This document shows positions 18,692 to 27,492 of a stretch of DNA of 64,000 bases, piece after piece. A program made the position numbers and the translations under genes. Position 1 is the stretch's first letter; each line of letters begins with the position of its first letter. The notes beneath the pieces were generated by a model. It saw nothing but the letters and a program-made list of their open reading frames with translations. It searched no databases and was not told the DNA's origin. This DNA comes from a virus (taxonomy: Duplodnaviria > Caudoviricetes), in the IMG/VR virus record IMGVR_UViG_3300036790_000196, positions 975 to 64,974 of that record, one strand, 5' to 3'.

Positions 18692-19123
18692 CTATGAGGC
18701 CGGGGCAGGCGTCGTGTAGACGGTGATGGCGCGCGCCATGCCGTTCACAACGGTCTGAATGATCGCGCCGGCCGCACCCTGCAGGGGTGTCGGGGCCGTG
18801 GCGTTCTGGTTGGCCAAGACCTGCTGGACGGCGCCGTCGAGAAGCGCAGCCTCGGTGGGCGTCACGCTTCCCTTGGTTGCGGCGACGATCTGCTGGAGCA
18901 GCGAAGCCTCGTCGGCGGCCGTCAGCTTGCCGCCCTGGAAGGCCGCCCAGTCGGCGACGATCGCCTTGGCGACCGGCAGCACGGACGGGTTTTTCTGGAG
19001 GATTGCCGTGGTGGCGGCTTCGGCGGCGATGTAAGCGCCCGAGGACTCGAGCTGCGCGGTATTGCAGGCGGTCAGCGCAAGGAGGCCGACGGCGAGGACT
19101 AGCGTGATGCGGGATGTTTTCAT
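18692..19123 (-). CDS. Lipoprotein
   Basis: MKTSRITLVLAVGLLALTAC lipobox. Confidence 0.75.
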   Translation of the reverse strand: MKTSRITLVLAVGLLALTACNTAQLESSGAYIAAEAATTAILQKNPSVLPVAKAIVADWAAFQGGKLTAADEASLLQQIVAATKGSVTPTEAALLDGAVQQVLANQNATAPTPLQGAAGAIIQTVVNGMARAITVYTTPAPAS

Positions 19124-19380
19124 GGAAGGATTTTTGGGGCCGGAGGCGGGGCGACCGGCTCTTGGTACGCTTTGAACGCTCCATATCCGAGCACGATGCT
19201 CGAGGCTGATCCGACATAGAGGGGAACGGTGGGCTCGAACACGACCATCACCCCATGCCTGATGGACAAGAGCGCCCAGACGACCATCGGAATCAGCACG
19301 AGCAGCGGCACGCAAATCATGACGAGGAGCCGGGTGTGGCTCGGCTTGCCGTTGCAGTCCGTGAGGAAGCTGGGGCTCAT
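19120..19380 (-). CDS. Two-TM holin-like protein
   Basis: FLTD.NG.PS.TRL followed by two hydrophobic helices. Confidence 0.7.
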   Translation of the reverse strand: MSPSFLTDCNGKPSHTRLLVMICVPLLVLIPMVVWALLSIRHGVMVVFEPTVPLYVGSASSIVLGYGAFKAYQEPVAPPPAPKILP

Positions 19381-19484
19381 GGTTTCGGGGGCGCCGCGTA
19401 CTGCACGGCGGGGGCCGTGGGAAGCGAGGATACGCAGCCTGATAGGCCGAGCGCGAGCAGGAATAGGATGGCGATTTTTACCAT
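19377..19484 (-). CDS. Tiny Pro-rich lipoprotein (o-spanin-like)
   Basis: MVKIAILFLLALGLSGC lipobox, 35 aa. Confidence 0.55.
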   Translation of the reverse strand: MVKIAILFLLALGLSGCVSSLPTAPAVQYAAPPKP

Positions 19485-19918
19485 CTGAAGAAGTAGATCG
19501 ACGCCTTCTCGTCTGGGGTCATGGCCCATTCCTGGTCGTTCTGGGGGTCGAGGAATATGAGGCCGCCTTCGGTTATCGCCGCATTGATCGCGTGGCCGGA
19601 GCCGGGTGCCATGCCGCGGGAGGCGTCCGGCAGGAACCAGACCTCGCCAACCGCAAGGGCGTCGGCCTTGTCCGGCGTGCCCGCCGTGAGCGCATTGCAG
19701 ACCTGGGCGAAGGTGGCGTAGGCGCGGGAAAAGTCGCGGCACTCCCATTTCACGGCCCATGTGTCGGTCCCGAAGTTCCAGAGCACCTTCTTCAGGTAGT
19801 CGTAGAAGGGGCCGGAAAGCCAAGCGCGGGTCGGGACAGCGTAGATCATCCCGCCGAAGTCCGGCATCCTCGGGATGCCGGCTTTTGCCACAAGGGCGAT
19901 GATGTCCGCGCGGGTCAC
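19478..19918 (-). CDS. Papain/transglutaminase-like Cys protease (agglutinin C-terminal-like)
   Basis: ECRDFS, GHAIN, FLDPQ Cys-His-Asp triad pattern. Confidence 0.7.
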   Translation of the reverse strand: MTRADIIALVAKAGIPRMPDFGGMIYAVPTRAWLSGPFYDYLKKVLWNFGTDTWAVKWECRDFSRAYATFAQVCNALTAGTPDKADALAVGEVWFLPDASRGMAPGSGHAINAAITEGGLIFLDPQNDQEWAMTPDEKASIYFFRW

Positions 19919-20397
19919 TTCGTCTTCAGGATGGGGCCCAGCACCCCGAACACGGCGTCATTGTCGAACTTGTTCTTGGCAAGCTGCAGATCGTCGAGGC
20001 TGATGGGCTCGAGGTCCACGCTCACGGTGGGGTGCTTCGCAACCCATTCGGTAAGCTGCTGGTTGGCCTTCACGACGGACTCATGGGAATCGTCGGCCCG
20101 GCCGGTGATGCCGTTCTGGGACTGCACGAGGCCGCGGAAGTCGTCGTAGGCCTGCACGGCGTCCGAGAGGGCGCGCTTGTCGTGGCCGAGGGCGATCAGC
20201 GCCGGCGTCCCGATGTCGAAGGGCTCCACGGTCACGACCGGCTGCTGGTCCTTCGCCCCCTGTGTGACGACGACGTGCCCCTTCAGCACGCCGGCGACCG
20301 CATCGCGCATCGCAAGGGCGTCCTGAAGGCGGATGGTCTGGGGAACGGCAAGGGCGGGAGCGGCAAGGGCTGCGAAGAGAAGCAGGAAACGTTTCAT
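19915..20397 (-). CDS. Hypothetical protein with signal peptide
   Basis: MKRFLLLFAALAAPALA. Confidence 0.7.
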   Translation of the reverse strand: MKRFLLLFAALAAPALAVPQTIRLQDALAMRDAVAGVLKGHVVVTQGAKDQQPVVTVEPFDIGTPALIALGHDKRALSDAVQAYDDFRGLVQSQNGITGRADDSHESVVKANQQLTEWVAKHPTVSVDLEPISLDDLQLAKNKFDNDAVFGVLGPILKTK

Positions 20398-20525
20398 GGA
20401 CCCCTGTATCCCTCTGGCATTCATCCCGTCAAGCGAGAACTACTGGTTGACGAGGCCAAGGACGTGCTCCGGGGCCTGGGCCAGTGCCGCGAGCGGCAGG
20501 AGCAGGAGGGCGGCGAGGAGCTTTC

Positions 20526-21968
20526 TCACGGGTTTGTGGCGCATGTCATCAGCGAGTACAGCGTCCCGCCAACGTCAATCTGGATGACCGTGGTGGTCGA
20601 CGTGACGAGGGCCGTGCTGCTGCGGAGGGCGCCCAGCTTCCAGACGCCTGCCGCGCTCGTCACGCCGGCCGCCGTGGTGATCCCCGCCCCCGAGGTTATC
20701 TGTCCGCCCGAGATGATCGTTCCGCCGGCGTTCACATTTCCTCCGCCAATGCCGACCGAGGTGGCTGCGGTCCCTAGCGCCGATGCGAAAACCGCGAGAC
20801 CGGTGATCGAGGAGGTCGCGGAGATCGAACCAACGACCTCGAGCGCGTGGCGGTTCGTTATGGTGACGTTGGTGGATGCCGATGGCCCACTGGCTATGTA
20901 TACGTTCGCAGCATCCGTATATGTGGTCGCGCTCGAGGCTGAGAATGTCGGGGACTGAAACGATGTCGCTACGGCACTGGCAACCGTTCCCGACGACGTA
21001 TTGTCCCTGATGACCGAGCCAAGCACATTAATTGAGCACCCTGAAGTTCCCCACGCTGAAGAATTTGATCCAGTCGGCGGCGATAGTTGAAGTTTCCCGT
21101 TTCCATTAACCAAAAGCACTGTGCTATTGGTGGCTTGCCCGACTGGTGCGGCAGTTAGAAACCAGGTACTGCCATGATTGCTGGGCCCAAAGTTCTCTGC
21201 GGCTTGGTTGAACAATCCGGCCACCGACGAGTATGAACTTCCGTCGAAAGGATGAACTGCGACCCCATACAGGATGTCGCCGCTGGCTACGGCGGACGGG
21301 GAAGCGGGCGTACCGTCCGCTCTGTTGAAATCCTGACCGGCAGTGCCCCCGTAGGAATAGACGGCCATGATGCCCACAGCGCCGCTTGGCCCTACTACTA
21401 TGAAGCCCTGGGTGTCGGGCGTTATTGAGGTCCCGTTTAGGTTGGCGATGACGTTTCCGGTACCACTGGAAAGCAGGTTGACGTTCTGGTTCCCGCTCCC
21501 CGCGTTCAGCGTCAGGTCGGTCGAGGCCGTCGCGGTGATCGAGTCCAAGTTGGCCGTTGTCGTATTCGCAGGGTTGACCGTGTAGAGAACCGACCCCGAG
21601 GCCCCCGGCGTGGCCGGCGCACGCGCGTTCAGCGCAGTCTGCAGGTCCGTCTGGTTCGACAGCGTGCCTGTGATGTCGCCCCACGTCGCACCACCGGGGC
21701 TCTCCGTCGCGCTGATCACGTAGTTCGGCCCGGTCCCGCTGATCGTGAGCCCCGTTCCAAACGTGAAGTTTCCGGGGGTCTTGGTCGTGTCGAACCCCGC
21801 CAGCGAGTACGCGCTTGCCGCAGGCGTCACCGTGCGGATGGCCCAGACCGGCAGCGACCCCGACGCGCTCGTGCATTGCGACACCTGGTAGTCGCCCACG
21901 GAAACGGCGTGGAGCGTGAGCGGCAGGACGACGAGCCAAGCCAGGGCGTTCAGGATTCTGTGTTTCAT
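20526..21968 (-). CDS. Tail fibre/spike-like protein with N-terminal signal-peptide-like segment
   Basis: G/S/T-rich beta repeats; WGDITGTLSNQTDLQTALN fibre motif. Confidence 0.7.
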   Translation of the reverse strand: MKHRILNALAWLVVLPLTLHAVSVGDYQVSQCTSASGSLPVWAIRTVTPAASAYSLAGFDTTKTPGNFTFGTGLTISGTGPNYVISATESPGGATWGDITGTLSNQTDLQTALNARAPATPGASGSVLYTVNPANTTTANLDSITATASTDLTLNAGSGNQNVNLLSSGTGNVIANLNGTSITPDTQGFIVVGPSGAVGIMAVYSYGGTAGQDFNRADGTPASPSAVASGDILYGVAVHPFDGSSYSSVAGLFNQAAENFGPSNHGSTWFLTAAPVGQATNSTVLLVNGNGKLQLSPPTGSNSSAWGTSGCSINVLGSVIRDNTSSGTVASAVATSFQSPTFSASSATTYTDAANVYIASGPSASTNVTITNRHALEVVGSISATSSITGLAVFASALGTAATSVGIGGGNVNAGGTIISGGQITSGAGITTAAGVTSAAGVWKLGALRSSTALVTSTTTVIQIDVGGTLYSLMTCATNP

Positions 21969-21969
21969 T

Positions 21970-22236
21970 TCAGAGGGTGGAGTCGTACCAGCTTCTAGGC
22001 GTTAGCGCGTTGTAGTCCGCCGGAAGCACGTTGCCGCCTCCGTCCGCGAACAGCTTCGAGACGTGCGTCAGGCCCGTAGCGGTTTCGACCCATATCTTGA
22101 TGACGGGCGGCGTCAGCGCGACCGTGGACACATTGATGAGGTCCGAGATGGAATCAACGCCGGGGTCCACCGTCGGCGTGTTGTCAGACACGGCCTGTGG
22201 AGGGTTATATACGACGCTTCCCGGGCGTGTCATCAT
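21970..22236 (-). CDS. Small virion-region protein
   Basis: MMTRPGSVV...; in operon. Confidence 0.65.
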   Translation of the reverse strand: MMTRPGSVVYNPPQAVSDNTPTVDPGVDSISDLINVSTVALTPPVIKIWVETATGLTHVSKLFADGGGNVLPADYNALTPRSWYDSTL

Positions 22237-22240
22237 GCGC

Positions 22241-22567
22241 TTAGAGCGGATCGGTCGATGGAACTGTGCCAGTCGGAGCGTTGGACTGCGTCGGGTTGCG
22301 ATAGGCGACGACGCTGCCCCCCGCGAGCTTGATGTAGCTGAAGCGCCCGGCAATGAAGACTCCCGCTGGGATGGGGACGCTGGTCACGGTGCCGCTGATG
22401 CTCCCGCCCGTGAGGTCGCAGCCCGAGACCGCAGCCGTGGCGAGGAAGCCGTACCAGCTGCCGTAGTGGACATTGGTATCGCTGATGAAGTCGGCGTCGC
22501 CCTCACCGGGGAGGTTCGTCGCCACGGTTTCCAAGGCGCGGAAGGATACTGTTTTTGGTGCTCCCAT
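22241..22567 (-). CDS. Small virion-region protein
   Basis: PAG.FI.GRFS.IKLAGGSV.AY motif. Confidence 0.75.
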   Translation of the reverse strand: MGAPKTVSFRALETVATNLPGEGDADFISDTNVHYGSWYGFLATAAVSGCDLTGGSISGTVTSVPIPAGVFIAGRFSYIKLAGGSVVAYRNPTQSNAPTGTVPSTDPL

Positions 22568-22587
22568 GGTAGGTGATGATTGAGTGT

Positions 22588-23478
22588 TTAGAAACCGATC
22601 GGGCAGTAAACACCGTTTGCAGGCGCAGCCGGGTCGGCGATTTGGTCTTTCAGAAAGTACATGGCGTCCTTGTCACTCTGTATAACCATGGCATCGCTTT
22701 CCTTGGAAATCGAGTTCCAAGAGGCGGTGCCCATGAGATCCTTGACCGCCATGGGAATGAGCGCGGTCTCGAGGAACTGGTCCGGCACGGTGAGCGTCGT
22801 CGCCGCCTGAATGTCCTGCTGGAGGAGCCGAAGCGGCCAGAAGGACATGCGTATCTTGATCGGGTACGCCTGATCCGGGAAGGGCAGGAACTTGAGCACC
22901 GCCCCGGGGAGCGCCCCTTGCGAGTTGCCAAGGTACTGCATCCACCACGCGCGCGGCATGGCGGGGCCGGTGTTGAGAATCCAGTTGGCCTCCCCGTTCT
23001 GCCGGCCGATGTTCATGGGGGAGAGGGAGACCTGCCCGGTGTTCGTGTACGTGGGGTTGCCGATAACCCGGTCAAATGGGTAGGTCGTAGAATAGAGGGC
23101 GTCGCCGTAGATGGTCATCGTCGCCGCAACCCCGGTCGGCCCGTTGTAGGGGTTGCGGAGCTGGGAGGTGCCAAGCACCTGGTTGTAGGACGGGTCGCCC
23201 GCGATCAGCACCGAGCAGCCGATCTGCGACGGGCTGAAGATCCCTGTCGAGAGCGCCGTTGAGCCCGCCGTGACCGAGACGTTGGTGAGGGTGACCGGAG
23301 CCGCCAGGGTGAACCCCTGCGTCTGCTCCCGCAGGTACTCAGGGAGGGCGTTGTAGAGCCTCATCAAGGCCGCATTTGCCGCCTGAAGGACATCGTTCTG
23401 CTCCGTCAGGGAAAGGCTCGTAAGGAGCCCCTGCTTCGTCCTGCGGGCCACGCGCTCAAGGTACTGGACGGTCGTCAT
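22588..23478 (-). CDS. Head-tail adaptor-like protein
   Basis: Downstream of capsid; P.P...Y.I / P..F....L.P pattern. Confidence 0.6.
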   Translation of the reverse strand: MTTVQYLERVARRTKQGLLTSLSLTEQNDVLQAANAALMRLYNALPEYLREQTQGFTLAAPVTLTNVSVTAGSTALSTGIFSPSQIGCSVLIAGDPSYNQVLGTSQLRNPYNGPTGVAATMTIYGDALYSTTYPFDRVIGNPTYTNTGQVSLSPMNIGRQNGEANWILNTGPAMPRAWWMQYLGNSQGALPGAVLKFLPFPDQAYPIKIRMSFWPLRLLQQDIQAATTLTVPDQFLETALIPMAVKDLMGTASWNSISKESDAMVIQSDKDAMYFLKDQIADPAAPANGVYCPIGF

Positions 23479-24221
23479 GCCGTGACCCTCCGTTCAGGTT
23501 CGGGCTGGAGCACGTTCGGGAATCCGCCGCCCGTCCCAAGGGTCTGCATGGCAACGTCGCCGTCGGCCTCGATCTGCGCCAGCAGGTCCTTGCGGCTGAA
23601 CTGGCTGCTGCGGGTGATGGCCCGTCTTGCCAAGGGGAGGAAGATGGACTCCGTGTACAGCCGGGCGATGGGCAGCACGCTCGTCGAACCGATGGAGGCC
23701 ACGTCGTAGTTGGTCCATGCGTAAACGCATTCGACAACGATGGTTCCGGGGAGCGGGACGACCGGCCCCAAGGCACCTGGCGTGGGCGCAAGGTAGATGT
23801 TGATCTGCTCAATGTCCCCCTGCCCGGCCTGATTGTTCAGGTACTCGACCCAGTAGGCGATCGGGACGCCGGTATCGGTCCCGTAGAGCGTCTCCCCAAG
23901 GAAGATGCGTGCGAACTGGTCCAGTTCCCCGCGGGAAAGCAGGGCGTTCAAGGGCACCTGCCCGTTGAGCCGAATCGGGCCCAGCACCTCCTGGATGGGC
24001 TGGGCGATGGCGTACATTCCGGTCCCCGCCGACAGGCCCACCGTGAGCATCGCCCGGGTGAAGTAATCCTGCCCGGCCCGCTGGAGCGTCTGCCCGGCCC
24101 AGTTGAGGGCGATGATGACGTCCTGCTGGGCCAGCGTAGGGGCTACGGTGGGGTCGGTCCCCTCGATCCCCAGCTTGGAGAGGAGGTCGTTTGCGGCTTG
24201 CTGTATTGTGAGGCCGGGCAT
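23475..24221 (-). CDS. Head-tail adaptor-like protein
   Basis: G...Y, G.P..YW, IYLAPTP pattern of podophage adaptors. Confidence 0.6.
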   Translation of the reverse strand: MPGLTIQQAANDLLSKLGIEGTDPTVAPTLAQQDVIIALNWAGQTLQRAGQDYFTRAMLTVGLSAGTGMYAIAQPIQEVLGPIRLNGQVPLNALLSRGELDQFARIFLGETLYGTDTGVPIAYWVEYLNNQAGQGDIEQINIYLAPTPGALGPVVPLPGTIVVECVYAWTNYDVASIGSTSVLPIARLYTESIFLPLARRAITRSSQFSRKDLLAQIEADGDVAMQTLGTGGGFPNVLQPEPERRVTA

Positions 24222-24222
24222 T

Positions 24223-24564
24223 TCACGCGGTCGCCAGGGCTGGCTTCGGCCCGGTCTTGGCCTTCAGGCGGTGGGGGGCAAGGCGCTCGACCAGTTCAAG
24301 GGCCTTGCCGATGTCCTCCTCCGGCTCGAGACCCAGGCCGACAGGGGGAACCTCCGGCGGATCGTCAGGGCACCGGCAGACCGTGGGCGGCAGGATCTTG
24401 CAGAGGGGGGAGCCGAAGCAGAGTTTCGAGACGGTATCGAAGTCCTTGATGTCGGTCGGCTCGCCCTTGTAGAGGAACTTCCCATATTTGGGGTTCCACG
24501 CATAGTCGCCCTTTCGCATGCCCCCGACAACGGGGGAGCCGGGCACGGAGAATAGGAATCGCAT
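24223..24564 (-). CDS. Hypothetical protein
   Basis: 113-aa ORF after the capsid gene. Confidence 0.7.
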   Translation of the reverse strand: MRFLFSVPGSPVVGGMRKGDYAWNPKYGKFLYKGEPTDIKDFDTVSKLCFGSPLCKILPPTVCRCPDDPPEVPPVGLGLEPEEDIGKALELVERLAPHRLKAKTGPKPALATA

Positions 24565-24591
24565 GGTTCGTATGGGCCTATGCCCTTAATG

Positions 24592-24615
24592 GAGCCCCCC
24601 TTTGCAGAGGGGCTC
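24592..24615 (-). terminator. GCAA-tetraloop hairpin after the major capsid gene
   Basis: Minus strand GAGCCCCTCT-GCAA-AGGGGGGCTC; no clear U-tract. Confidence 0.55.
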
Positions 24616-24633
24616 GATAAGGCCACAAGGCTC

Positions 24634-26118
24634 TTACGTGATCGCCGGCAGGCCGAGCTCCGGGTAGGAGAGGGCGTGCGTCATGCAGACGAAGCCGGGA
24701 TAGGTCCCGTTCGTGTTCTGCCGCAGCTGCTGGCCGAAGACGGACGTGATGTACTTCCTGGTCTCAAAGCCGCCGTCCACGACCCACTGGGAACGCTGGT
24801 TCCTCATGGAGCCGTAGCCGCGGAGCATGAAGCCCGAGCCGAACATGACCGTCTGGCCGATCGGCACGCCGTAGGCATTGCATTGGACGATCGTCGATCC
24901 GATGGAGTGGTTCTCGTTGCAGAGACCCGCCCATGCGCCCGTGTTCCATGTGACGTTGCCGACCGTCTGGAGCGCGACCGGACCATTCTGCACCGCCGCG
25001 AGGCGCTGCGTGATCGTGATCGTGTTGCCGTTGTTGCCGGTCGTGTAGGCGTACATCGAGACGCCGGGGCCGAAGGGATCGCTGGGCGCGTTGATGACGA
25101 GGAAGTACTGCACGGCCGAGCCCGGCGAGTACGTGTTCAGCGACGTGAACGGGAAGGCGTAGTTGCCGAAGTACCTGAAGTACTGCGTGGTCGTGACCGC
25201 AGCAGCCGCAGCCGAGCCGCCGCCCGCCACCGCGAAGGCCGCTGTCCCCGCCGTGATGGCGGTCCCGAGGTAAGCCTTCGGGTTGAACCCGGAGCCCGCG
25301 ACCGCGTAGCCGTCGGCGTCGACCGGGTTGTACTCCCGGATGGAGTGGCCGTCCAGTTCCGCGTAGCCGCCCTGAAAGAGCGGGTTCTCGTCCCACTTCT
25401 CGCGGGGGGCCGCGTTCTGGAGGATGAGCTGGTAGTTCGGGTCCTGCTTGAGCCCGTAGAGGCCCGGGGTTGTCCCGACGACGCAGTACTTGCGTACCGG
25501 CGTGCCGCGGATGGTGCCCACTTCGCAGGGGGTGCCACCCTTCGGCTTCAGGGCCTGGCCCATCATCAGGATGTCGTTGTAGGTCAGGACGTCGGCTGTC
25601 TTCAGTACGCCCACGGACGACTTGCCGTTGGAGTTGAAGTAGTTGTTCGCCTGTCCCAGGAGTCGGATGGTCATGAAGACCCTCGCCGACTTCTCGCGGC
25701 CCATCCACTTGCCAAGCTCCTCAGCCTGGCCCGAGGCGAGTTCGCCCTGCATACCGAGATACTCGTCGGTGCGCTGGGTGATCGAGGTGGCGTTCCTCAG
25801 ATAGTCGGCGACCATCTGGTTGTTGTTGATGACGTCGGTCTCGAAGTCGCTCTGGACGTTGAACAGGTTGTCCCCGAGCTTGCCCGGGCCGTAGTAGCCC
25901 GCGCGCGCCGTCACGTTGAAGGTCAGGCCCTTGCCGACCGCGGTGTCATTGATGACCCAGATGGGCGAGTGCTTGCTCGTCCCCTCGAACTGCTGCCAGA
26001 AGTCCTCGGACTGCTCGAAGACATCGACGACCTTCTGCCAGATTTGGCGCACCGAGGCCGGGCTCATGTTGGCGAGCGCCAAGCCTGTGTTCGGTGTGCC
26101 GAGTTGGAAATTTGTCAT
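24634..26118 (-). CDS. Major capsid protein (N4-gp56/DUF4043-like)
   Basis: W......E...F...FEG....PI....D...G.G....G.G..G pattern; downstream of scaffold; strong codon bias. Confidence 0.85.
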   Translation of the reverse strand: MTNFQLGTPNTGLALANMSPASVRQIWQKVVDVFEQSEDFWQQFEGTSKHSPIWVINDTAVGKGLTFNVTARAGYYGPGKLGDNLFNVQSDFETDVINNNQMVADYLRNATSITQRTDEYLGMQGELASGQAEELGKWMGREKSARVFMTIRLLGQANNYFNSNGKSSVGVLKTADVLTYNDILMMGQALKPKGGTPCEVGTIRGTPVRKYCVVGTTPGLYGLKQDPNYQLILQNAAPREKWDENPLFQGGYAELDGHSIREYNPVDADGYAVAGSGFNPKAYLGTAITAGTAAFAVAGGGSAAAAAVTTTQYFRYFGNYAFPFTSLNTYSPGSAVQYFLVINAPSDPFGPGVSMYAYTTGNNGNTITITQRLAAVQNGPVALQTVGNVTWNTGAWAGLCNENHSIGSTIVQCNAYGVPIGQTVMFGSGFMLRGYGSMRNQRSQWVVDGGFETRKYITSVFGQQLRQNTNGTYPGFVCMTHALSYPELGLPAIT

Positions 26119-26186
26119 GGAAGTGAAACGCTGATGGATGCACGGAATCCCTCCGTGTGAGGGCCGTCTTAGCGTTCACTTCCATG
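26116..26186 (-). promoter_or_regulatory. Long hairpin in capsid 5' leader sequestering the start codon
   Basis: CATGGAAGTGAA / TTCACTTCCATG perfect 12-bp inverted repeat plus inner pairs. Confidence 0.75.
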
Positions 26187-26200
26187 CCTTAACCGGGTGA

Positions 26201-27388
26201 TTAGAACTGCCTTACACCTAGCGACTTCATGAGTTTCTGGACGTCACCCTGGGTCTTGATAGAGGAAATGGTCGCGTCAACGGGGTTGACTTGCGGGGCT
26301 GCGGCCGAGCGCGACGACCCGGAGGGGAGGACCCCCTTGGGCGGCGGGCGCGGTGCCGCGGGCTGGGCCGGCGCGGCGACTCTGGCGGCAGATGCCTTCT
26401 TGGGCGCGATGGAGTTTTCCTTCGCAACCATCTGGGCGATGAGGAGCGGCTTGTTCGGGTCGTGGAACAGGGGGTCCGAAAGGGCCTCCAGTGATTCCTC
26501 GATCTCGATCATGCGCTGGCGAAGGGGGCTGTCCTTGTCCGAGACGAACGGGTAAAATTCTGCGGCGCGGGCTTCCGAGTCGGCGAATTGCCGGTCGTAG
26601 GCCGCTGCCTGCTGCGTTGCTCCGCGTTCCTCGGCCCTTTCAAGGGCGGTCCTCTGGCGGTCGAGCCTGCGCAATTGGACGTCGATCTCGCTGACTTTCG
26701 CCATGTCGATGTCCTTGGCTGCCTGTACCTTATCGGCTTCCAGCTTCTCGATCGTGGAGTCAACCTCGCTGATCGTGCGCGGGAGCTTGGGGTCGCCTAC
26801 GGGCGCGGGGGCCTCGGGTGCCGTGGCTGCGGGGGTGGCTGGCGATACGCCGAGCTTTTCCTTCGCCGCCGCGAGACACTGTTCGAGGGTCCAGTCGCGG
26901 TTCCGTATCTGGTAGGCTGCTGCGAGCCGACCGACCTCATCCTTCTCGTTGAGACGGATGCGCGCCCTGTCCGCCTTGACGGGTGTTACCTCGCCGGACG
27001 GTTCGGGCTCTGGGTCGGGTTCCGCTTGCGCGGATGGCTCTGCGGGCTCTGCCCCTTCCGCTGGGGCCGCTGGCTCGCCTTCCGGGGGAGTCCCCGCGTC
27101 GGGCGTGGCTGGTGCGGCTTCCGGGGCGGCTGGCGTCTCGGGTTCAACCGGGAACGTGCCGTCCTCCGGGGTCGGAGGGGGGTCCTTTCGTGGCGCCTGC
27201 TTTGTCAGGTCTTTGACGAGATCCAAAATTCCTTTCGGATTATTCGCTGACCCGAGAAGCGCCATCGTCGCCTTTTCTTGTTCTGCCTGGGATGTCTGCA
27301 ATGAACTTGCCGGAGCTGCTGGAGCTGGGGCCGGTGGCTGTTCTGCCGCTGGAGCAGAACCGGAGCTAACCCGCGGTTCGGATACCAT
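26201..27388 (-). CDS. Capsid scaffolding protein
   Basis: Acidic Pro/Ala-rich N-half plus coiled coil, directly upstream of capsid. Confidence 0.75.
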   Translation of the reverse strand: MVSEPRVSSGSAPAAEQPPAPAPAAPASSLQTSQAEQEKATMALLGSANNPKGILDLVKDLTKQAPRKDPPPTPEDGTFPVEPETPAAPEAAPATPDAGTPPEGEPAAPAEGAEPAEPSAQAEPDPEPEPSGEVTPVKADRARIRLNEKDEVGRLAAAYQIRNRDWTLEQCLAAAKEKLGVSPATPAATAPEAPAPVGDPKLPRTISEVDSTIEKLEADKVQAAKDIDMAKVSEIDVQLRRLDRQRTALERAEERGATQQAAAYDRQFADSEARAAEFYPFVSDKDSPLRQRMIEIEESLEALSDPLFHDPNKPLLIAQMVAKENSIAPKKASAARVAAPAQPAAPRPPPKGVLPSGSSRSAAAPQVNPVDATISSIKTQGDVQKLMKSLGVRQF

Positions 27389-27396
27389 AGTGGTTT

Positions 27397-27469
27397 CCGT
27401 TATTAACGGCGATTATCCGTTGTCAACCAATAATCACGGATGGGAACTGATGGGAACTTGTAATAACGG
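27397..27469. promoter_or_regulatory. Divergent control region with operator-like repeats
   Basis: CCGTTATTA (27397) and TAATAACGG (27461) inverted; GATGGGAACT x2; TTGACA on minus strand at 27421-27426. Confidence 0.5.
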
Positions 27470-27492
27470 GCCGTTCGTGGCATGGCGGGGGC

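Noticed and set aside
20440-20442. Genome-wide stop-codon reassignment
   Set aside because: Conserved genes are full length in the standard code; only one suggestive in-frame TAG
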